DNA of 64,000 nucleotides from an uncultured archaeon (GTDB taxonomy: Archaea > Asgardarchaeota > Heimdallarchaeia > Heimdallarchaeales > Heimdallarchaeaceae): the NCBI GenBank assembly GCA_964534625.1, contig CAZHRF010000002.1:85711-149710 (forward strand). Reading direction: 5' to 3'. The notes under the pieces were generated by a model that was not told where the DNA came from, searched no databases, and was given only the letters and a program-made list of their open reading frames with translations. Of this stretch, positions 8,806 to 19,227 are shown in pieces (within the stretch, counting starts at the first letter, position 1; every line of letters starts with the position of its first letter). Made by a program: the position numbers and the translations under genes.

Positions 8806-11722
8806 TATGTTCTCTCCTTTTTAGGATTTTTACGTTTTTATACGTTATTTTGTTTAAAGAAAGAGCAAATATTGATGGGATAATAAAAAAACGTGAAACA
8901 AAGATATGCAAGATAAGGCCAAACCCCATCCCTATTCCAAGTTGTTGGATGAAGGGAGAAGAAGAAAAGATGAGAGTGAAAAAAATACAAGTAAAGATAA
9001 TTCCTGATCCAGAAATTTGTTTCATGCTGTTTTTAATTGATAATAGAATTAGCTCCTTTTTGTCTTCCTTTTCCTTTTCGTTAGAAAAAATGAATAAATC
9101 TAAACAGAAAATATCAAAATTAACCCAACAGGGGGGTAAAATTGCATATAAGAAAATAGGTACAATCCAGTAAATAGAATTTGTGAAAAAGAGATTGATA
9201 AAAAGTGCTAAAATCCCCATACTCGTACCAAGCGATAGATAAATGGTAAATAACTCACTTAATGCCATTGTACTATTTTTCAGATAAATAATCAATAAAA
9301 GAAAGATGGTTGCTGGGATTAATAGAATTAATAATATCAGTTCTTGTTGGATTTGATTCTTACTATCCACAAGATAGCTTGCATAACCTGTAACATATAT
9401 TTTCCACTCTTCTAAACCTTCTTCATTTTTAAATTTCTGGATAAGCTGTCTAATAAATTCCACTTGTATGGAGAGCCTATCATCCCCCACTTCATACTGT
9501 GATTCTAAATAGGAAAATCCAGAATTGTCATTAATAACAAATGCCTTCATAGTTCGTTTAATTGCCTCTCTGATAAAATAGGCCTCATTATTGATAGACT
9601 GGTCATAGGGATTGCGTAAAGGATGGCTCAAACCAAAATGATATCCTATTGTTGTTTTGTTGATGATTTCATCGATGAGTCTTTTTATGTGATCAATTGT
9701 TTCATAATTCAATGTTCCGTTGTTGAACAAAAAGAATTCATCTTCCGGTAATTGATACGTAATAATTATTTGGCTTGCATATGTAGAACCATAATATTTA
9801 TTGATGGCCTCATCACCTCTACCTGACAAATACTTTTCTGATGTTGGCAATCCATAATCAACTGATGAGAAGAAAAAAATTGATGTTCCCACAACACTAA
9901 TCATAAAAGCTACTGATAATACTTTTATGGGATTTTGAATGCCGATTTTCATCTTTTGATAAAATTTTTCTTTGATTGTTCTTCTAAATTTCCATTTCTG
10001 AAACCACTCTCGACGTAAAAGAGCCAATATTGCAGGAACCAAAGTAATTGAAACAATCATAGCTGATAATACAGCTATAATCCCTGCTATCCCTATCCCC
10101 TTCATCTGTGGAATGGAGATGAAAAGTAAAGAAACAAATCCAATGGAAAGAATGAGAGAAGAAAAGAGAACTCTTTTCATTGTATATTTCAAAGTATCTC
10201 TGATACTTTCATGTTTTAACTTTTCTTTTTTTAGATTTCTCAAAAAATCTTCGATAAGAAAGAGGCTATAGAATGTTGTTGTACAAAAGAGCGTAACCGT
10301 TAAAATAATCGAACTCAGGTTAAATAGACTATGTATATGGTTATTCACAAAAAGAAAAAGAATTCTTGCAAGAGCTAATGCATTTGCTAAAACAAAAAGT
10401 AGCAGAAATATGAAAGTAGGTGAGTGATAAATGAGTAAAAGTATAATGATTACCAAGATAGTACTTATAATTAAAATTTGTCTGTTCTGGATTGTTAGAT
10501 CTTTAATTAGTTCGTATAAAAAGGGATTGATGCCCGAAATGTAAATTTCAAGAAAGGAGATTTCATCATTAAAGAATTTAATGAGTTCAAAAATCTCATT
10601 GTAGAGTTTTTTCCCTTCGTTACTAGTGTAATCAACTGTAATGTAAAAAGTGCTTAAGATGGTATCAACAAGAGGATTATATCTATAATTAGTAAATTGT
10701 GACAGAAATAGTTCTACCATTTGTTGATTAAAACAAGGGAGAACAACTTCTTCTTTCAATAGAGGTAAGAGATATTTGTTTTTTGCCAGAATGTATCCAT
10801 CAAGAGTCCCCTGAGCATAAACCTCTTCAATAAACTCTGCTGTACTAGTATCATTTTGATCATATAGAAAGACGGAACTGACTAAGTACGGATAAAAATC
10901 ATCTATCCATAAACTCGTATTATAACCACTAGAGAGTTCTAAAGCAATTTCTTGTTCTAAATTATCTGTAGTTATGAAACTAAAAAAGGTATCATTATTG
11001 GCAATAAAACTTTTTAACAAAGTTAAAACCTCATTATCAGAGGAAGGGATAGACGAAGAAGAGATAATGCTATCAAGAAAATTATCAGCCAAATGGCTGA
11101 TAAAAGAAGAGTACCACTCTATATACCGAGTGAGATTATGATTTTGTAAATAGTTGATAAAAAACACTTGATTCATTTCCAAGGTTTGGTTAGTTGCTTC
11201 ATAAATGTCATTAGACGTATTATAATGTGAAAGCCAAATGGCTGAAAATCTTTCAGTTCCTCCCCATATTGAAGATACTAGACCATGAATAGTCTCAGTA
11301 ACAAACCATTGGGATCGTAAAGATCGTCTTAACAAAGAATCTGCTTCATCAAAAAAAGAAGAATAAGGCTTCTTAGGAGAAAGGAAAGGTTCAATGTTTG
11401 AGTTGTTTAATATCATGTCGATGATATCTGTAATAATTTCTTTAATCTCAGAGGATAATATCGTACCATTTGTATTATGAATAAGAATTTGGAATGACGC
11501 AAGATAATCACTACCTTCTAATAATAATTCTTGACCATACTCTGCGTCGGTAGGTTTACTTAGTTGAAAAGACTTACTTCCATCAGTTAAATAAGAAGAG
11601 AAAAGCAATAATTGGTTTGCATTAACCGAAATGATGATTAACCAAAATAGAATGACAATGGTAGAAATGATTTTGGGTTTATTTCTGATAAAACTAGAGA
11701 AGTTCATACATTCGCCATCCAT
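8795..11722 (-). CDS. MMPL/RND family transporter
   Basis: Two repeats of large extracytoplasmic loop plus multi-TM module; IYISG and IYVTG motifs; SITLVPA and FFIIPS ends. Confidence 0.8.
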   Translation of the reverse strand: MDGECMNFSSFIRNKPKIISTIVILFWLIIISVNANQLLLFSSYLTDGSKSFQLSKPTDAEYGQELLLEGSDYLASFQILIHNTNGTILSSEIKEIITDIIDMILNNSNIEPFLSPKKPYSSFFDEADSLLRRSLRSQWFVTETIHGLVSSIWGGTERFSAIWLSHYNTSNDIYEATNQTLEMNQVFFINYLQNHNLTRYIEWYSSFISHLADNFLDSIISSSSIPSSDNEVLTLLKSFIANNDTFFSFITTDNLEQEIALELSSGYNTSLWIDDFYPYLVSSVFLYDQNDTSTAEFIEEVYAQGTLDGYILAKNKYLLPLLKEEVVLPCFNQQMVELFLSQFTNYRYNPLVDTILSTFYITVDYTSNEGKKLYNEIFELIKFFNDEISFLEIYISGINPFLYELIKDLTIQNRQILIISTILVIIILLLIYHSPTFIFLLLFVLANALALARILFLFVNNHIHSLFNLSSIILTVTLFCTTTFYSLFLIEDFLRNLKKEKLKHESIRDTLKYTMKRVLFSSLILSIGFVSLLFISIPQMKGIGIAGIIAVLSAMIVSITLVPAILALLRREWFQKWKFRRTIKEKFYQKMKIGIQNPIKVLSVAFMISVVGTSIFFFSSVDYGLPTSEKYLSGRGDEAINKYYGSTYASQIIITYQLPEDEFFLFNNGTLNYETIDHIKRLIDEIINKTTIGYHFGLSHPLRNPYDQSINNEAYFIREAIKRTMKAFVINDNSGFSYLESQYEVGDDRLSIQVEFIRQLIQKFKNEEGLEEWKIYVTGYASYLVDSKNQIQQELILLILLIPATIFLLLIIYLKNSTMALSELFTIYLSLGTSMGILALFINLFFTNSIYWIVPIFLYAILPPCWVNFDIFCLDLFIFSNEKEKEDKKELILLSIKNSMKQISGSGIIFTCIFFTLIFSSSPFIQQLGIGMGFGLILHIFVSRFFIIPSIFALSLNKITYKNVKILKRREHNEE

Positions 11723-12021
11723 CTTATTATTTTCTACTTTTATAATTATTATAAACCTTCTTGCTATTTAATACCTACGAAATAAAGTTGCAAACTCTTA
11801 CTTTTATTGGTTTTTTTTGTTTAAAGCGCATTTTATCTTGTTTTATATACATTAGAAAATAAGTGTTATTCAAAAACGTATAATGGATCACTAAACACAT
11901 AAAAATCGAATAGTTCTTCCGCTCCGAATTAGAAATATTCTCCAGATAAATTTAGTCGTGCATTTTTTTCTGAGAATTCGAAAGTATTAATTATGTGAAA
12001 AAATCTTTTAGCTTGAACTCT

Positions 12022-12723
12022 ATGAATGAGGAAGAAATTCAAGAAGAACTAGAAGAAGAACCTAAGCAAGCTGATATGGGTCCTACTATTATTAGTGAAA
12101 AGAAATTAAAAGAGTTGACTTCATCTGGAAAGCCTATTATTCTTCAAGCAATAGCATTAATGAAAAAGAACTTAGATGAAAACTTACGTCATCTGGAAAA
12201 ACATTTTGAATATGTTCAATCTGTTAGAGATCGATTATTATCTGACATACGGAGTAAAAACCGTATTTTCATTTTAGCCAGCGGTCGGTCAGCTATGGTC
12301 GGACAAATGTTTCAGACAAGATTGGAGCATTTTGGAGTCGAATGCAGATTTCTAACCAATAGTCGGTCGGTTCCAAAAGTACGCGAAGGGGAAACAATAT
12401 TGGTGGTTAGTGGATCAGGTACTACTCCTATTGTAAAAGCGATGTTAGAATCGTATCTTACTGTCAATCCTCATGTCATTGTTATAACCAGTTATCCTTT
12501 AAGTGTTATTGGCAGATTGGGAGATACCACTGTCAAACTAGTTGGTAGAACTAAAGAAGACTTAGTTAGACGCGATCAAGGGTTAGACAGTACCTTAGCT
12601 CCTGAAGGTACAATGTTTGAGGCTGCTGCTTTAACTTTTCTTGATGGTATCATCGCTGAACTTGCTGTTGCACTTCATCTAGGTAGTGATGACCTTTATG
12701 AGCAACACAATCAAGCGACTTAA
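12022..12723 (+). CDS. hxlB: SIS-domain 6-phospho-3-hexuloisomerase-like protein
   Basis: RIFILASGRS, VVSGSGTT and LAPEGTMFE match the PHI family; ATG 12022 preferred over GTG 11995. Confidence 0.75.
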   Translation: MNEEEIQEELEEEPKQADMGPTIISEKKLKELTSSGKPIILQAIALMKKNLDENLRHLEKHFEYVQSVRDRLLSDIRSKNRIFILASGRSAMVGQMFQTRLEHFGVECRFLTNSRSVPKVREGETILVVSGSGTTPIVKAMLESYLTVNPHVIVITSYPLSVIGRLGDTTVKLVGRTKEDLVRRDQGLDSTLAPEGTMFEAAALTFLDGIIAELAVALHLGSDDLYEQHNQAT

Positions 12724-12868
12724 TTTTTTTCTTCTTTGCGATTTTTACTACCGATAAATTTAAATCAAATCAATAGTAAAAGTTTTCATAGTTTATATAT
12801 CTTTATTTTCACGAAAAAGATATAAAGGAACAGAAAAAGAACATTATAATATATTGACGGTAGATACT

Positions 12869-13636
12869 ATGGGTAAACAACTAACCATTAAAGATATTTT
12901 TAAAGTTGACGGGCAAGGCATCCCCTATGTTAAAATAGTTATTTACGGACCTTCTTTATCCGGCAAGACAAGTATGCTTACTGTTTATAACGTCCTTCGT
13001 AAGGTTGAGGATCCTGAAGCCATTTATTCCTCTCTTAAAAAAATTGATGACCCTAGTGGTCGTACTATTTTTTATGATCAAAGTACCTTTGAATTACCCA
13101 AGGGTCAAGGCGTTAGTGTCCCAAAATTACGTTACCAAGTTTGGACTGTCGCTGGTCAAAAGCGCCATTATATTCAACGTAAGGTTGTTTTAGAGGGTGC
13201 TGATGGTCTCATTTTCATGTTTGATCCTAGTAAAAATATGTGGAACGACAACGTTGAAAGTCTCGATGAACTTATTAAATTGAAGGGGGATATTCTTGGT
13301 AACGCATTACCATTTATTGTCGTTTTAAATAAGGTTGATTTACCTGCTGAAACCCGCACTGATACTGATAAATTCTTGGATCTTTTAGTCGAAAAAAATC
13401 TTGCAAAAAATAAAGGAGAGGCTTACATGAATGTTATTGAGACATCCTGTTTAAATGCCCGAAACGATCTTATGTCCTTACTCCGTAGTCCTGATATAAA
13501 ATCGAAATTGGATGAATATGGTCGATTGAAGAAAGGAGCTCGTCCAAACAGCGTTCAAAAAGTATCCCAACCTATTGAGCAATTAACAAGAGAAATTATT
13601 GTTCATCGTATAAAAGATGCCAAAAATACTGCTTAA
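12869..13636 (+). CDS. MglA-like small GTPase, paralog 1
   Basis: KIVIYGPSLSGKTS (G1), RTIFYD (G2), WTVAGQ (G3), GADGLIF, NKVD (G4). Confidence 0.85.
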   Translation: MGKQLTIKDIFKVDGQGIPYVKIVIYGPSLSGKTSMLTVYNVLRKVEDPEAIYSSLKKIDDPSGRTIFYDQSTFELPKGQGVSVPKLRYQVWTVAGQKRHYIQRKVVLEGADGLIFMFDPSKNMWNDNVESLDELIKLKGDILGNALPFIVVLNKVDLPAETRTDTDKFLDLLVEKNLAKNKGEAYMNVIETSCLNARNDLMSLLRSPDIKSKLDEYGRLKKGARPNSVQKVSQPIEQLTREIIVHRIKDAKNTA

Positions 13637-13669
13637 CGTTATTAATATTTTATTAACTGCAGTCTATTT

Positions 13670-14371
13670 TTGATGAGTGAATCACCCATGCCTTTAGATA
13701 CAGTATCAGCTCGTATAATAACTGCAATCAAAGAAAAGCAACCGATTAATTTTCATTTGCTTACTGATTATCAGAAACAAAAACTTAATGACATATTAGA
13801 GGCTAGTGATGTTACATTTGAACATTTTTGCGATAATTCTGTATTGGAAGATAAACAAATTGGTAAAATTCTTTTTTCTTTAATTGCAGGTGGTGTTGAA
13901 CCTGCTTCTCTATTTCATCACCTTAGCTGGAGAAATTTCGAAATTCTTATTAATTTAATCTTTGATACCTTAGGTTTTAATGTTTTCAATAATTTCCGTT
14001 TCAAAGATGATATTACACGATATGAGATTGATGTCTTGGCTTTCAAATATCCTTATCTTTATTTAATAGATTGCAAATTCCATAAAAATCCCACTGCCAA
14101 TCTTAGACGTGCAGCTGAAAAACAAAAAATACGTACAGACGCTCTATGGCAATCTTTTCCTGTAATTCATGATCAATTGATAAGAATTCTCTCTTTACCT
14201 AAACAAAAAGAAATTTTACTCTTACCTCTGATTATTTCTTGGCGCAGTTTTACAGTCAATATTCATCAAAAAGTACCTATTGTGCCTTATAGTCATTTAA
14301 GTGGTTTTGTTGATGAAGTTCCTACTTACAGGGATCGTTTTTATCTTCTTAGTGTCAAAATACTTGATTAG
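13670..14371 (+). CDS. PD-(D/E)XK restriction-endonuclease-like protein (Mrr/NERD-like)
   Basis: WRNFEILI...LGF...EIDVLA...LIDCK motif. Confidence 0.75.
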   Translation: MMSESPMPLDTVSARIITAIKEKQPINFHLLTDYQKQKLNDILEASDVTFEHFCDNSVLEDKQIGKILFSLIAGGVEPASLFHHLSWRNFEILINLIFDTLGFNVFNNFRFKDDITRYEIDVLAFKYPYLYLIDCKFHKNPTANLRRAAEKQKIRTDALWQSFPVIHDQLIRILSLPKQKEILLLPLIISWRSFTVNIHQKVPIVPYSHLSGFVDEVPTYRDRFYLLSVKILD

Positions 14372-14477
14372 TATTTTTTTCATTCTTTTTATCCCTTTAT
14401 AAACTCTTGCTTAGATTTTACGAAATTAATTTAAAGCTATATTGTTAAAATATAGCTAGTAAAAAAGAGCTGGTAAA

Positions 14478-16265
14478 ATGGCCGTTGAAATTGATAGTCC
14501 TTTTCAGATTATTCGTAAAGTAGTTCAGAAATTCCTCGGTGAAATGAGAGTAGTTCGATCAAGTACTGAGGAACAAGCTAAAGCTAAGGCTGAGGAAATA
14601 AAGAGCAATTCTTTAGCTCCTGGAAAATCGCAGTATTCTGTCTCTGAAGTAGATAATATTGTTAGAGAGTTTAAGAAAAACTATGTTAATTTACTAAGGA
14701 ATCTACATTTGCTGATTGTAACCGAAAGTACAACTAAAATTAGACAAGCTGTTGAACAAGGTTTTGTTAATGGGGGGCTTATTACTGAAGAAATGCTTGA
14801 TCAGTTGGCAAAGTACAAAGAACGAGCTGAAAGGTTACCCGAGTTAGAAAAAAAATTAAAAGAACAAACTACCAGGAATAGAGAGATTGAAAACGAGTTT
14901 GCTAATTTAAAGAGTGAAAGTGAAAATCTAAAAACAACTGTTGCTGAAATGGAAGCCATCTTAAAAGAAAAAGATGCCAAAATAACTGAATTAATTGAAA
15001 GAACTTCAACTGTCGAAATAGATTCATCAGTTGTTGAAGAAAGAGATGAGTTGCTAAAAGAAAAAGAACGTACTATTCATAAATTGAATCTAGAAAAAAA
15101 TAATATTCAATCCGAGTTAAGTCGGGTTAAAATAGAGAGAGATTCATTGGCTTCTCAGGTGAAAGACTTACAAACCAAAGTTAATTCTATAAGGGCTGAA
15201 GCTGTTTCTAAGGAAGATAAACTGTTTGAAGACCTTCAAAAACAACTAAACAAATCACGTTCTATTGTTTTTAATCTTCGTAACCAATTAGCTGAAAAAG
15301 AAGACACTGTTAGAAATCAAAAAATAGACATTCAAACCAAGTCTTCTCAAATAGAGTCATTGAAACAACAAAATGAGCAACAGAAAAAAGAAATCGAAGA
15401 ATATATGGATACTACAAACCGGTTGAAAAATGAAATTAAATTATTGAAGCAAAAACTCGAAGAGGTAGAAGTTTCTTCTGCTGAACGCGCTGAATTAACC
15501 GAAGAAGAAACACGTCTTAAAGAAATAATTGAGGAAAAAGAAAGAGAAATAGTTAGTCTTCAATCTCAAATAGACACATATCAAACTCAAAATGAAAATA
15601 TGAAGGTTGAGTTAAATGAGCGTGATACAGATATCGAGCGTTTAGCTGAGTCAATGATTGAGTTTCAGCAAGAAATAAGTGGAAAGCAACAAGAATTACA
15701 TTCTCTAAAATCCCAATTGGACGAAATAATGCTTGAACTTGCAGAGAAAGAAGCTGTAATTAAAGAATTATCGGACTTTAAAGACCAGCATCAAGGAGAA
15801 AAACCGATTTATGAAGAGAAATTGGCTGAGAAGGAGCAAGAATTTGCTAAAATGAGAGAAGAATATGAATTAAGGTGCAAAGAATTAGAAACAGTAAAAA
15901 ATACTGTTGAAATGATGGAAAAACAAGGAACAATATCTTCTGAGGAAAAATATGCTTATGAGCTAAAAGTGCAAAAATTGAAGAAAAATATAGATTACCT
16001 TAAGAAAACAATTAAATCCGTGGAATCATTCTTGAACACTGATCCTAAATATAGAATATTATATCTATTAAGTGATTTCAATAGACCACTATCTTTTGAG
16101 GAAATCCAAAATATACTAAAAATCGAAAATGAAGTATTGAGTAAATACCTTTTTGAACTAGATTACTTTGGATATGTAAAGAAATCTATAGAAGGAACAA
16201 AAACAATGGTTATCAATACAAGTCTTTTAACTCCACCCTTATCATATGAAGAAGAGGAACAATAG
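14478..16265 (+). CDS. Long coiled-coil protein with C-terminal winged helix
   Basis: About 400 aa of E/K-rich heptads, no Walker motifs; C-terminal DPKYRILYLL...LSKYLFELDYFGYVKK. Confidence 0.7.
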   Translation: MAVEIDSPFQIIRKVVQKFLGEMRVVRSSTEEQAKAKAEEIKSNSLAPGKSQYSVSEVDNIVREFKKNYVNLLRNLHLLIVTESTTKIRQAVEQGFVNGGLITEEMLDQLAKYKERAERLPELEKKLKEQTTRNREIENEFANLKSESENLKTTVAEMEAILKEKDAKITELIERTSTVEIDSSVVEERDELLKEKERTIHKLNLEKNNIQSELSRVKIERDSLASQVKDLQTKVNSIRAEAVSKEDKLFEDLQKQLNKSRSIVFNLRNQLAEKEDTVRNQKIDIQTKSSQIESLKQQNEQQKKEIEEYMDTTNRLKNEIKLLKQKLEEVEVSSAERAELTEEETRLKEIIEEKEREIVSLQSQIDTYQTQNENMKVELNERDTDIERLAESMIEFQQEISGKQQELHSLKSQLDEIMLELAEKEAVIKELSDFKDQHQGEKPIYEEKLAEKEQEFAKMREEYELRCKELETVKNTVEMMEKQGTISSEEKYAYELKVQKLKKNIDYLKKTIKSVESFLNTDPKYRILYLLSDFNRPLSFEEIQNILKIENEVLSKYLFELDYFGYVKKSIEGTKTMVINTSLLTPPLSYEEEEQ

Positions 16266-16309
16266 TGACTTGTATTTCATTCTCTTTAAATTTTTTAAAA
16301 ATAATTGAT

Positions 16310-17500
16310 TTATTTGTGATCTGAAATCCCTTGCAAATATACGTGTCTTTCTTTTGATTCAAAAATGGGCATGAGTATTGCATCTGTTAAAGTGCGTAAA
16401 GAATCATTAATGCGATAGTATGCTTTCCTATTAATGGTTCTTTTGTGTATTATATCTTTATCTGAAAGTTGAGATAAATGATATGCGATTGTTGTTTTTT
16501 GTAAATTCATATTTTCTATTAGGTCTTCGTAAGTAATTCCAAGATCTAAGGCAATAGATCTCATAGCTATTAGAGTTAATATGAAGTTTCTGCTATTATC
16601 GTCTTTAGAAACTATTTCCATGAACTCGTCGATTAGAGTATATCTGAAAAGTGCGCGGATATCTTCAACCATTCGACGATTACCATAATCCAGTGCATTA
16701 AAATAACATTCCTCACAAACCTTATTACACATTCTAATAGCATTTTTCAAACTTTTATTAGCACCATATGCGATAGATTCAATAACCTCTTCTGTAAAGG
16801 GCTGTAAAATCTTATTCCGATTAGATAGTTTAATTTTAAGCAGTGTCACTATTTCTTCATTTCCAAGTGGTTCAAGATATAATGCAGGCAATGAATGATT
16901 GAATAAGTCATAATCTGCATATACCACATGACTCTTTAATCTAGCCCAAGCTGTGGGGGTTAAAATGAATAATATTGGGAGATCTGGAAATTGATACTCA
17001 ATTGATTGGCGAAAAGAAACAAAGAAATCAATCAAATAATCAGCGTGGTCAATAATCAAAATGGGAGTATTGTCCATGGTTTCAGCTATGGCAATTTTTT
17101 TTCTGAAATTTTGAATGGAAGCTGTTGGAAGATATTTATTGTCTTCAAATTCTACTAATTGGCTAGCATCTAACAGAATAAGATTAGATAATTCGTCATT
17201 TGAAGATTTTAGTAGATGGACTAAACTTGAAATAAGCGTTGATATACCGTTGTGAGAGGAACCAATTATGAATGCATCTAACAAATCTTCTTGTTCTTGG
17301 GAATTGATGAGTTGTCCGATAATGGTGGCAACTTTTCCAATACGTGGCTTAAGCAATTTTGCTTGTTTAATATCTTGAATGGACGTTTCACTAAAAGGAT
17401 TACCATCAAACCCAAAAGCTATAAAAGGATCTTCCGGAAGATAAGGTGTCTCTTTGCCTTTTTCGTAAGCTGATAAGACAAACTCAGTGAATTCGTCCAT
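16310..17500 (-). CDS. Degenerate AAA+/ExeA-like P-loop protein with C-terminal wHTH
   Basis: FGFDGNPF N-motif, Walker A-like GSSHNGIST (no Lys), Walker B-like ILIIDHAD, C-terminal KTTIAYHLSQLSDKDII. Confidence 0.65.
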   Translation of the reverse strand: MDEFTEFVLSAYEKGKETPYLPEDPFIAFGFDGNPFSETSIQDIKQAKLLKPRIGKVATIIGQLINSQEQEDLLDAFIIGSSHNGISTLISSLVHLLKSSNDELSNLILLDASQLVEFEDNKYLPTASIQNFRKKIAIAETMDNTPILIIDHADYLIDFFVSFRQSIEYQFPDLPILFILTPTAWARLKSHVVYADYDLFNHSLPALYLEPLGNEEIVTLLKIKLSNRNKILQPFTEEVIESIAYGANKSLKNAIRMCNKVCEECYFNALDYGNRRMVEDIRALFRYTLIDEFMEIVSKDDNSRNFILTLIAMRSIALDLGITYEDLIENMNLQKTTIAYHLSQLSDKDIIHKRTINRKAYYRINDSLRTLTDAILMPIFESKERHVYLQGISDHK

Positions 17501-17976
17501 TGTTAATCATATATCCGTATACATATACAGATAACATCGAACCTTTAAATCTTTTCGAATAGTTCAAATCATTCAAATTTTCGTATATTTGAGACCATTT
17601 AACCGACAATAATATAATAAAGAAAAAACTTCCTAAATTATTTCTATATTCGTCATGTTATTCTAAAAGAAATTTGTATATAAAGTCAACAATTTTAAAC
17701 TCACTATTTGGTGATCTTGATTTTCTCCCATTTCAATTTTAAGTGCTAATTAGAATAGTAAATTTTACGCATTAATTACACGTTGTATCTTCTTTCAGGT
17801 ATAGGATCTCATTAAGGGGAAGGCAACCCATTGTTCTCTTTTTTCGTTTTTGTTCTTGTTAATTCATTATATTAATAATTCAACAAAATTGTTTTAACAA
17901 TAGCTTTATAGGTGAGTTAGAGTAATGTACACTAGATATAAACAATAGATACCAATTAGCTAGATAAAACTTATAA

Positions 17977-18579
17977 ATGTATATACACAACGTACCTAGC
18001 CTTAAGGAAGATTATGATATGATTCGTAGAGACCAACTTGATGATCTAGAAGCACGGGCATTGTTAGATAATACAATGCGTCAAGCAGCAAAAATGTATG
18101 CTTTAGAGAGTGGTAAGCTTGTTCAGATCAATGAGGTTATTAGGTTACGAGAATTTTCTGCTCTATTAGGTTTGATAATAGCCTATAGTGCTGGTAGTTT
18201 TATGAGTTTAGATCGTTTTAAAATAGAAGATTTTCATCCTATTAGGTATAAGAGGATAATAAACAGGTTAAATTGTCAAAGTGGACAAATTCAAGGGGCT
18301 TTGATGATGGAATTACTGCGGATACGGGATAAAACAAAACTTAGTAAATATGATATTATAAGAAAAATCCAAAAGAAATATTTCAGTAATAAGCCTATTG
18401 GGACTAAAGATATAACAGAATCTTTGAATCGTATACTTCGAAAAACTTTTGATGAATATTTTTGGTTTGATGGAAGGTATTTCCGTAAGGGTAAATTTGA
18501 TGTAAGGATTATCCAACTACCTCCAGAAACAAGATATGAAATAGGGAAAATAACTCTTGATAATGTAATTAAAATATAA
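17977..18579 (+). CDS. Hypothetical protein (basic, possible C-terminal HTH)
   Basis: 200-aa ORF, no recognised family. Confidence 0.6.
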   Translation: MYIHNVPSLKEDYDMIRRDQLDDLEARALLDNTMRQAAKMYALESGKLVQINEVIRLREFSALLGLIIAYSAGSFMSLDRFKIEDFHPIRYKRIINRLNCQSGQIQGALMMELLRIRDKTKLSKYDIIRKIQKKYFSNKPIGTKDITESLNRILRKTFDEYFWFDGRYFRKGKFDVRIIQLPPETRYEIGKITLDNVIKI

Positions 18580-18705
18580 CCAGCAAAAAGGAATACTTTC
18601 TGAAAATTCTCTCATCTCTTTTATAAACTGGTCTAGAATTAAGCATATTTAATATAATACACTTTTTGCTTGTATATATTAAGATTAGAAAACCTATTAA
18701 TTTAG

Positions 18706-19182
18706 GTGTTTAAATACTCACTAATGACAGAAAAATGGCGTTGTGTTGTTGAATCTTTAACTAAAAAAGGAAAAATAACTCCTGTTGATTTCAATTTTAT
18801 CGATTATGAATCTGTTGTTGGTAAACCTGCGTTTTTGAATGCAGATTATTATTCTAAACTTATTAATAATGCTAAAAAATATGAGAAATATGCATTAACT
18901 GGGGGATTACTTGAACTAGAACATCCCTCTGGTGAGGATTATTCTGACAAAAATTTTTATGCTGTTTTTGGTGTGAACTCCCAAGATCTTCTTTTAGCTA
19001 TATTACTAGGACAACGAGACGATGATACATATGAGTTAGTTGGTTTTAATCCAGAATTTTTACGATCACAAATAGAAAAAGACCCCAAAATTATTTTAAG
19101 AATAGCTGTGGCATTGGTTAAACGTCCTAATGATTGGAAAAAAGTTCAAATAATGGCCCGTGGCATTAAAAGTAAAAAATGA
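18706..19182 (+). CDS. Hypothetical protein
   Basis: 158-aa ORF; ATG at 18724 is an alternative start. Confidence 0.6.
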   Translation: MFKYSLMTEKWRCVVESLTKKGKITPVDFNFIDYESVVGKPAFLNADYYSKLINNAKKYEKYALTGGLLELEHPSGEDYSDKNFYAVFGVNSQDLLLAILLGQRDDDTYELVGFNPEFLRSQIEKDPKIILRIAVALVKRPNDWKKVQIMARGIKSKK

Positions 19183-19227
19183 TGAAATACGAGAAAGGTA
19201 AAATAATTTTCCTTTTTAAGAATAGAT

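Noticed and set aside
14478-16265. SMC/Rad50 annotation
   Set aside because: No Walker A/B, signature motif, hinge or zinc hook
17501-17976. Large intergenic gap as possible RNA gene
   Set aside because: AT-rich divergent promoter region with no convincing stems, repeats or tRNA pattern
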